A stretch of DNA of 31,434 nt, taken from assembly GCA_904419035.1 (NCBI GenBank), contig CAJFQL010000026.1, positions 1 through 31,434 of the forward strand, read 5' to 3'. The DNA comes from Candidatus Heritagella caecorum (GTDB lineage Bacteria; Bacillota; Clostridia; Oscillospirales; Acutalibacteraceae). This document shows positions 26,688-31,434 of the stretch, piece by piece. The position numbers were made by a program, and so were the translations under genes. Each line of letters starts with the position of its first letter. Within the stretch, counting starts at the first letter, position 1. Under the pieces are notes generated by a model. That model searched no databases and was not told where the DNA came from. It saw nothing but the letters and a program-made list of their open reading frames with translations.

Positions 26688-26702
26688 GGTTCTTTCCTCC
26701 GT

Positions 26703-27404
26703 TTATTTCAGGATCTTGCACTTCATGTTGCGCTCTTTGAGCTGGTTGCGCACCAGTACACAGGCCTGCCAGGCTTCGGTCTCCCGTCCGGCCCGCACAC
26801 AGGAGCCGATATAGGCAATCCGCTCCGCAATAAACTGTTCCAGCGACGAAAGCGCTTCGTGGCTCATGGGGTCGCTATAGCGCAAATCTTCCGCCAGCGA
26901 CAGCATTTCCTTTTTGACCGTCTCATCTTTCACGCTCAGGGCATACCCCTGCACATCGGTCATCAAATTGCGCACAAAAAAGACCTTTTGGTTTTCGGTC
27001 TCTTCCATTTTTTCGGCGTGATCTTTGGCGATCAGCCCCGAAATCAGGAAGATCACTTCCACCGCCAAAATCAGGATTTGAATAATAAACGCCAGTTTTA
27101 CATCGCAAGCGGGAATCAACATGATCACCGTACCAGCAATCAGTTCCACCACCAGGTACACTGCGGCGCTGCGGCTGATGGGATACCCCAAAAAGAGATC
27201 CCGGGGCCGGATCCCCTCACGGCCATAGGTCAGGCAGGTGACCAGAATCTGCATCAAAAACGCCACCAGCACAAAAATGTACGAACACCAGAACGACGGC
27301 GTCATCTGCCAGTTCCCGATGAGGACAAACAGAATCAGGTTGTAAACCAGAAAGCCGGTCAGCCATCCGACCGCCCCCAAGATATATTTCTTATCCACTT
27401 TCAT
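26703..27404 (-). CDS. 4-TM integral membrane protein with C-terminal cytoplasmic helical domain, function unknown
   Basis: 233-aa ORF with four hydrophobic helices in the first ~130 aa, followed by a charged helical C-terminal domain. The ATG start is preceded by GGAGGA and lies 15 nt upstream of the TIR gene. Confidence 0.5.
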   Translation of the reverse strand: MKVDKKYILGAVGWLTGFLVYNLILFVLIGNWQMTPSFWCSYIFVLVAFLMQILVTCLTYGREGIRPRDLFLGYPISRSAAVYLVVELIAGTVIMLIPACDVKLAFIIQILILAVEVIFLISGLIAKDHAEKMEETENQKVFFVRNLMTDVQGYALSVKDETVKKEMLSLAEDLRYSDPMSHEALSSLEQFIAERIAYIGSCVRAGRETEAWQACVLVRNQLKERNMKCKILK

Positions 27405-27456
27405 TGTGCCATTCCTCCCAGAATGGGGCTGTGCCCTTTTATGTTCTCAACCGTCT

Positions 27457-27987
27457 TTACGGTTCCGCTTTGTTTTGCAGCGCCGTTACCTCGCGCCGGA
27501 AGGCGTCCAGCCGCTGCTGTAAAGCGCCCTCGTAGTGATTTATTTGCTCCCAGCTTTTTTGCATGGAAGGGAGATACCCTTCAAACCGGTTCAGCGCATC
27601 GGCTTTTTGCAGCTTTTCGGTCATCTCAGCTTGGAACTGGAGTTCCTGTTCCCGCTCCGCTTCGTTTTTGGCCTGCTGACTAGCGAGACGCGCCGCCTTT
27701 TCGGCCGACGAGCCTTGCGCGATCCCCACGCACAAACCGATCACCGAACCGATCACCAATAAATAGAGGCCCGCCTGCATCAGCGCTTCATCACTGGGGA
27801 AGTACGTATCCAACGCATTCACCGCCATATCGCACACGCCAAATACGCAGCGTGTCCCGATGATGCCATCACAAGCATCGCCAAAACACTGGCCCAGCCC
27901 CAAGGCAAGCAAAATCACCAGCGTCCATACAACGGTATAGATGCACCCTTTTATCAGCCCTTTTATGGCGCCCGAAACCATTCTCAT
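27457..27987 (-). CDS. Cys-rich two-TM protein with cytoplasmic coiled coil (paralog A), function unknown
   Basis: 176-aa ORF organised as TM1, then a Cys-rich loop (GQCFGDACDG...RCVFGVCD), then TM2, then a coiled coil. Its ATG overlaps the stop of paralog B (ATGA). Confidence 0.5.
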   Translation of the reverse strand: MRMVSGAIKGLIKGCIYTVVWTLVILLALGLGQCFGDACDGIIGTRCVFGVCDMAVNALDTYFPSDEALMQAGLYLLVIGSVIGLCVGIAQGSSAEKAARLASQQAKNEAEREQELQFQAEMTEKLQKADALNRFEGYLPSMQKSWEQINHYEGALQQRLDAFRREVTALQNKAEP

Positions 27988-28505
27988 TGTGCGCTCCCGC
28001 CTTTCGGTGTGCCGCCTTGGCCTTTTTCGATCAGCTGCCGGATCTCACTCTGCAACACATGCAGGTGCTTGTCCGTTTCCCTCTGGTGGGCCATCATCGT
28101 CTCGTGGGTTTTGGAAAGCCCCGTACGGATTTTTACACTCTCATTAGGCATTTCACTACACTTTAATAGCGTTTCACGAATCGTACCTGCAAAATTTTCC
28201 TGGTTTCGGTGCTCGTCCTCCACCTGGTTCGACTGGATGTGCAAAATTTGCGCCTTTTGCTTGGAAACACCTGTCGCCATACCGATTAAGAACCCAAGCA
28301 CGGCCCCAATAATCCCGCCGTAGATGAAGGTACTGGCTGGCAATTGGTCAATTCCCCGGGTACAATCTCCCACGCAGTTATTCTCACCAATAAAGCAGGT
28401 ACACAGTTCTCCCACGCACCCCAAAATTCCAATGGCCAGCACCACAGCCAGCCCGGCGAGTGCGCCGATGAATATCCCGGCGATTGAATATTTTACGACT
28501 TGCAA
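27984..28505 (-). CDS. Cys-rich two-TM protein with cytoplasmic coiled coil (paralog B), function unknown
   Basis: 173-aa ORF with the same architecture as paralog A; its Cys-rich loop is GCVGELCTCFIGENNCVGDC. A TTG start at 28505 has GGAGGA 6 nt upstream and overlaps the lgt 3' end by 13 nt. Confidence 0.5.
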   Translation of the reverse strand: MQVVKYSIAGIFIGALAGLAVVLAIGILGCVGELCTCFIGENNCVGDCTRGIDQLPASTFIYGGIIGAVLGFLIGMATGVSKQKAQILHIQSNQVEDEHRNQENFAGTIRETLLKCSEMPNESVKIRTGLSKTHETMMAHQRETDKHLHVLQSEIRQLIEKGQGGTPKGGSAQ

Positions 28506-29308
28506 AATGATTCCTCCTCAGGTTTGGGGGCATGCCGTCCCCGGTATCGATACCAGCCGCCCCACAGGGCCAAAGCCACAAGCAGCCCCATGCTGACAAG
28601 CTGGCTAAAAGAAAATACCCCATACACGCCCCGTACCGCGTCGCCCCGCAAAAATTCCAGGCAGAACCGGCACACGGCGTAACTGGCCATATAGATAAAG
28701 ACCAATTGCCCCGAAAACCGCTTTTTTCGGTACAAAAGCAGCATACAAAGGCACAGCAGAAAAAGGCACACAGCTTCCAGCAGCTGTACCGGAAAGCACC
28801 ACCGTTCGCTGCCGTCCGGAAGGATATAATGCACCGCCAAAAAGCCGTGCCATTCCTTCCCATAACAACACCCGGCAAACAGGCACCCAAACCGGGCGAT
28901 CCCGTGAAACAGCGGGATCACGATGGCCAAGGTATCCATCTGCACCGTCAGGTGGGCAAAGGTCTGCCGGTGTTTGATAATCCAGCCCGTCACCAGCCGG
29001 TACACGAGCACAAAACCGAGCAGCCCTCCATACGCCACAAACGCGCTGCGTCGCACATCGGTAAAGGTCAGCGCCCGGCCTTCCTGCAGGCAATTGGCCA
29101 CTTCAACCAAAAAGCCGAAAAAACGCCCGCCCAGTAGCAGACCCAACGCGGCCAGCCCGAACTGCCATCCGAACCAGCGCAGGTCTTCGCTTTTTTTCAG
29201 CAGGACCGCCACAAACGGGATTAAGGCCGCCACAGTAGCGATTCCCGCAAAAAACAGGTACGGAGTCACGCCCGCGATGCGGGTGGTTTCGGTATAAACG
29301 GTGATCAT
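28493..29308 (-). CDS. lgt: prolipoprotein diacylglyceryl transferase
   Basis: About 271 aa from the ATG at 29308 (MITVYTE...), in an ATGA overlap with the SPFH gene stop. The protein is polytopic, with Lgt-like motifs ...HGIARFGCLFAGCCYG... and ...CRFCLEFLRGD... (the Lgt RxxExxRxD signature). The track's 27-aa N-terminal extension is unlikely. Confidence 0.6.
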   Translation of the reverse strand: MITVYTETTRIAGVTPYLFFAGIATVAALIPFVAVLLKKSEDLRWFGWQFGLAALGLLLGGRFFGFLVEVANCLQEGRALTFTDVRRSAFVAYGGLLGFVLVYRLVTGWIIKHRQTFAHLTVQMDTLAIVIPLFHGIARFGCLFAGCCYGKEWHGFLAVHYILPDGSERWCFPVQLLEAVCLFLLCLCMLLLYRKKRFSGQLVFIYMASYAVCRFCLEFLRGDAVRGVYGVFSFSQLVSMGLLVALALWGGWYRYRGRHAPKPEEESFCKS

Positions 29309-31179
29309 ACGCTCGGTTCCTGGCCATTCCCGGCATCCGGCGCCGCGGTGTCCACCGCTTGGGTCACAGCCGGGCGGGGGTTGCCGCATTCGTCACAGAA
29401 TTTGCCCCGGTTGCCGGTTTTGCCGCATACACAGTTCCAGGTGTCGTCCTTTTGCGGGCGGGGCTTACCGCAATTCTGGCAGAATTTGCCCCGGTTGCCT
29501 TTTTGCCCGCATTCACAGTCCCAGGTATCCTCTTTTTGTGGACGGGGCTTGCCGCAATTCTGGCAGAACTTGCCCCGGTTCCCCTTTTGGCCGCATTCAC
29601 AGTCCCAAGTATCCTCGGGCTGAGGCTGAGGCTTGCCGCAATTCTGACAGAATTTGCCCTGGTTCCCCTTTTGGCCGCATGCGCAATCCCATCCGGTTGT
29701 CAAAACCGGCGGCGTTTCGGTGAAGGTTTCCATCATGGGATTGAGCGCATCTTTTGTCATGTGGATCACACCGCCCATCATGCCAAGGCCCATGCCCAAA
29801 TTGGCAATATCGGCCATACCGCCGGCGCCGCCCGCCGATGAGTTGGTAGCGATACCCACGCCCACCTGCCGGGCCGTTTCCTGCTGGTAGGTATACCCTT
29901 TCATGCGCATCTCTTCCGCTTCGGCCTGGGCCTGCATGCGGTAGCTTTCCGCTTCGCCCTGGGCCCGCGCCACTTTCATGCGGGCTTCCGTTTCGGCGCG
30001 CAGCACCTGGCGTTCCATATCCACCTTTTCCCGTTCCAGCGCCGCCGTGCTGGTTTCTTTTTTGATCTGTTCTTCCCGCACATTCAGGAAGCGGTCGGCG
30101 TACTGCTGGCGCAGGCGGTTGAAGTTTTCGTCATCCGGCAGCACCACCGTGGTGACGAAAAATTCCGGCATTTCCAGGCCGTAATCGGCTAAGTATTCGT
30201 TCAGGCTCTTGCGCAGGCCTTCGGAAAGCAGCGCAAGCTGCTCGTCGATTTCCAGAATATTGATCTGGTTCTGCTTGATAATCTGGGGCAGGCGGCTTTT
30301 CACCTGGGTCAGGATCAGCGGCTTAAACGAAGCCTGGAACGACATCACGCCGCTGTCCTGGCTTTCCTGGCGCAGCCCCATGCTGGTGCCCACCATTTTC
30401 AGCACCAGTTTGCGGGAATCGATGACCCGCACATTGTATTGGCCGCTGGCCCCGATTTCAATATGCATCCCGGTGGCCGGGTCGAACAGCCGTACTTTGC
30501 TGTCGGTCCCCCAGCGCAAGCCCATTTGCACGGCCATATTGATAAAGTAGACTTCCGAATGGAAGGCGCCTTCGGTACCGGCCGGCAGCTTATAGAATTC
30601 ATTTAATATGGGCAGTTTTTCGGTTTCCAGCGTATACCGGCCCGCCGGGAACAGATCCAGCGCCCGCCCGTTGCGGAAGAGCAAAGCTTCCTGGGATTCA
30701 TGGACAATCAGCTGCGAACCCAAATTAAAATCTTCCAGCGGGTGTTTCCACACAAAAACCGTGTTGTCGCCTTCGTATTTGATCAAGCTGGCTACGCCCG
30801 CTTTGGCTACTTTGGCTTTTCCCAACTGCTGCTGTACATCCACCACCGTGTCGCACAGCGGACAGGTATACGTCGATGTACTGCGGTCTGCCGTCAGCGT
30901 ACAGGCGCAAGTCGGGCATGTGAACGAAACCACCGTTTTTCCGTCGCCCACGCTGAGCTTTTGTTTACATACCGGGCATACGGCGTTTTTCGCCTTCGAC
31001 TGGTCATACACAATGGTATTGCCGCAATGGGGGCACACCTTCGTCGTAACTTTATCCGTTTTTACATGGATGGTATACCCGCAGTCGCAGTCGATGGTCC
31101 TTTTTGTAAAGAAGAAAAACCTTTTTTGTGTCATATGATATTTGCCGCAGTTGGGGCACTCAATGACAAATCCCGCCAT
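29305..31179 (-). CDS. SPFH/band-7 (flotillin-/YdjI-like) domain protein with three N-terminal and four C-terminal zinc-ribbon modules
   Basis: The ATG at 31179 (MAGFVIECPNCGK...) has a GGAGAGGAG RBS. The N-terminus has three CxxC...CxC ribbons. The central SPFH domain reads GDNTVFVWKHP...LFRNGRALDLF...NVRVIDSRKLV. It is followed by an EA-rich coiled coil and a Gly/Met-rich linker, then four 28-aa repeats DCxCGQKGNxGKFCQNCGKPxPQ. The track's 41-aa 5' extension is unlikely. Confidence 0.7.
   Translation of the reverse strand: MAGFVIECPNCGKYHMTQKRFFFFTKRTIDCDCGYTIHVKTDKVTTKVCPHCGNTIVYDQSKAKNAVCPVCKQKLSVGDGKTVVSFTCPTCACTLTADRSTSTYTCPLCDTVVDVQQQLGKAKVAKAGVASLIKYEGDNTVFVWKHPLEDFNLGSQLIVHESQEALLFRNGRALDLFPAGRYTLETEKLPILNEFYKLPAGTEGAFHSEVYFINMAVQMGLRWGTDSKVRLFDPATGMHIEIGASGQYNVRVIDSRKLVLKMVGTSMGLRQESQDSGVMSFQASFKPLILTQVKSRLPQIIKQNQINILEIDEQLALLSEGLRKSLNEYLADYGLEMPEFFVTTVVLPDDENFNRLRQQYADRFLNVREEQIKKETSTAALEREKVDMERQVLRAETEARMKVARAQGEAESYRMQAQAEAEEMRMKGYTYQQETARQVGVGIATNSSAGGAGGMADIANLGMGLGMMGGVIHMTKDALNPMMETFTETPPVLTTGWDCACGQKGNQGKFCQNCGKPQPQPEDTWDCECGQKGNRGKFCQNCGKPRPQKEDTWDCECGQKGNRGKFCQNCGKPRPQKDDTWNCVCGKTGNRGKFCDECGNPRPAVTQAVDTAAPDAGNGQEPSV
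29360..29700 (-). repeat. four tandem ~84-bp direct repeats (coding; zinc-ribbon repeats of the SPFH protein C-terminus)
   Basis: The unit CTTGCCGCAATTCTGGCAGAATTTGCCCCGGTT... recurs four times with a period of ~84 nt and >85% identity. It encodes TWDCECGQKGNRGKFCQNCGKPRPQKED. Confidence 0.75.
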
Positions 31180-31372
31180 ATTCTTCTCCTCTCCCTTCTT
31201 TTCGATCCTGTTCTGCCCTTTTCCCGATTCTTTTCTATAGAAATTCGGATGGGAAGATTCCCGCTCTTTCATACAGGCTGCCGCTTTCATAAGGGCAGGC
31301 ATACTCTAATTATAATAGAAAAGGCTCCTGTATGACATGAACAGGTCCAGTAAAAACGGACAATAGACAAAG

Positions 31373-31415
31373 TACCCCCTGATGTAGGAAAATGGAAGTA
31401 CTACATCAGGGGGTA
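31373..31415. promoter_or_regulatory. perfect 13-bp inverted repeat (CCCCCTGATGTAG / CTACATCAGGGGG) whose 3' arm contains the Shine-Dalgarno of a plus-strand gene starting at 31421
   Basis: The sequence is TACCCCCTGATGTAG-gaaaatggaagta-CTACATCAGGGGGTA followed by ttact-ATG. AGGGGG is the only RBS-like element for the ATG at ~31421. Confidence 0.4.
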
Positions 31416-31420
31416 TTACT

Positions 31421-31434
31421 ATGGGAAAAAGGAA
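31421..31434 (+). CDS. 5' end of an unidentified plus-strand CDS (truncated by the window edge)
   Basis: ATGGGAAAAAGGAA... (M G K R ...) with AGGGGG 8 nt upstream. It is the only plausible plus-strand gene start in the window. Confidence 0.25.

Noticed and set aside
29348-29623. Possible CRISPR array or other non-coding repeat, suggested by the regular ~84-bp periodicity
   Set aside because: The repeats are in-frame coding for zinc-ribbon units of the SPFH protein. There are no unique spacers, the units are directly adjacent, and the sequence is protein-coding throughout.
1-31434. Mobile elements, integrases, transposases, restriction-modification, toxin-antitoxin or CRISPR-Cas genes
   Set aside because: No ORF with recognisable motifs of these classes is present. 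No terminal inverted repeats or direct-repeat-flanked segments were seen beyond the features listed.

Overview
This is a high-GC Clostridia-type chromosomal window from a spore-former (it carries spoIVA). Every confident gene is on the minus strand, and the plus-strand ORFs in the track are antisense shadow frames. From low to high coordinates the window contains: (1) A tRNA cluster, Val then Asp then a partial third tRNA, downstream of hslO, a SAM-methyltransferase gene and a yerC-like gene. (2) A conserved proteostasis block: lysA, engB, lon, a terminator, then clpX, clpP and tig. (3) An operon of metallophosphoesterase, thrC, M19 dipeptidase, yraN, rnhB, rbgA and lepB, with rplS behind a promoter and structured leader. 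(4) A radical-SAM gene (TIGR03960-like) overlapping its DUF2344 partner. (5) A sporulation neighbourhood: an M50 site-2-type protease, a small membrane protein, spoIVA, ldh and a DUF3794-LysM (SipL/SpoVID-like) gene. The last two appear to have sigma-E-like promoters. (6) The most unusual part is a tightly coupled 7-gene minus-strand operon spanning 24.6-31.2 kb. It encodes a zinc-ribbon-decorated SPFH/flotillin-like protein with four 84-bp tandem repeats, then Lgt, two paralogous Cys-rich two-TM coiled-coil proteins and a 4-TM protein. After these come a zinc-ribbon/TPR/TIR/TPR/Q-rich coiled-coil protein and an unlisted 54-aa Cys-rich membrane peptide, and the operon is closed by a bidirectional terminator. 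I propose it as an undescribed membrane-associated TIR signalling, envelope-stress or defence module. No CRISPR, transposase or integrase was recognised.
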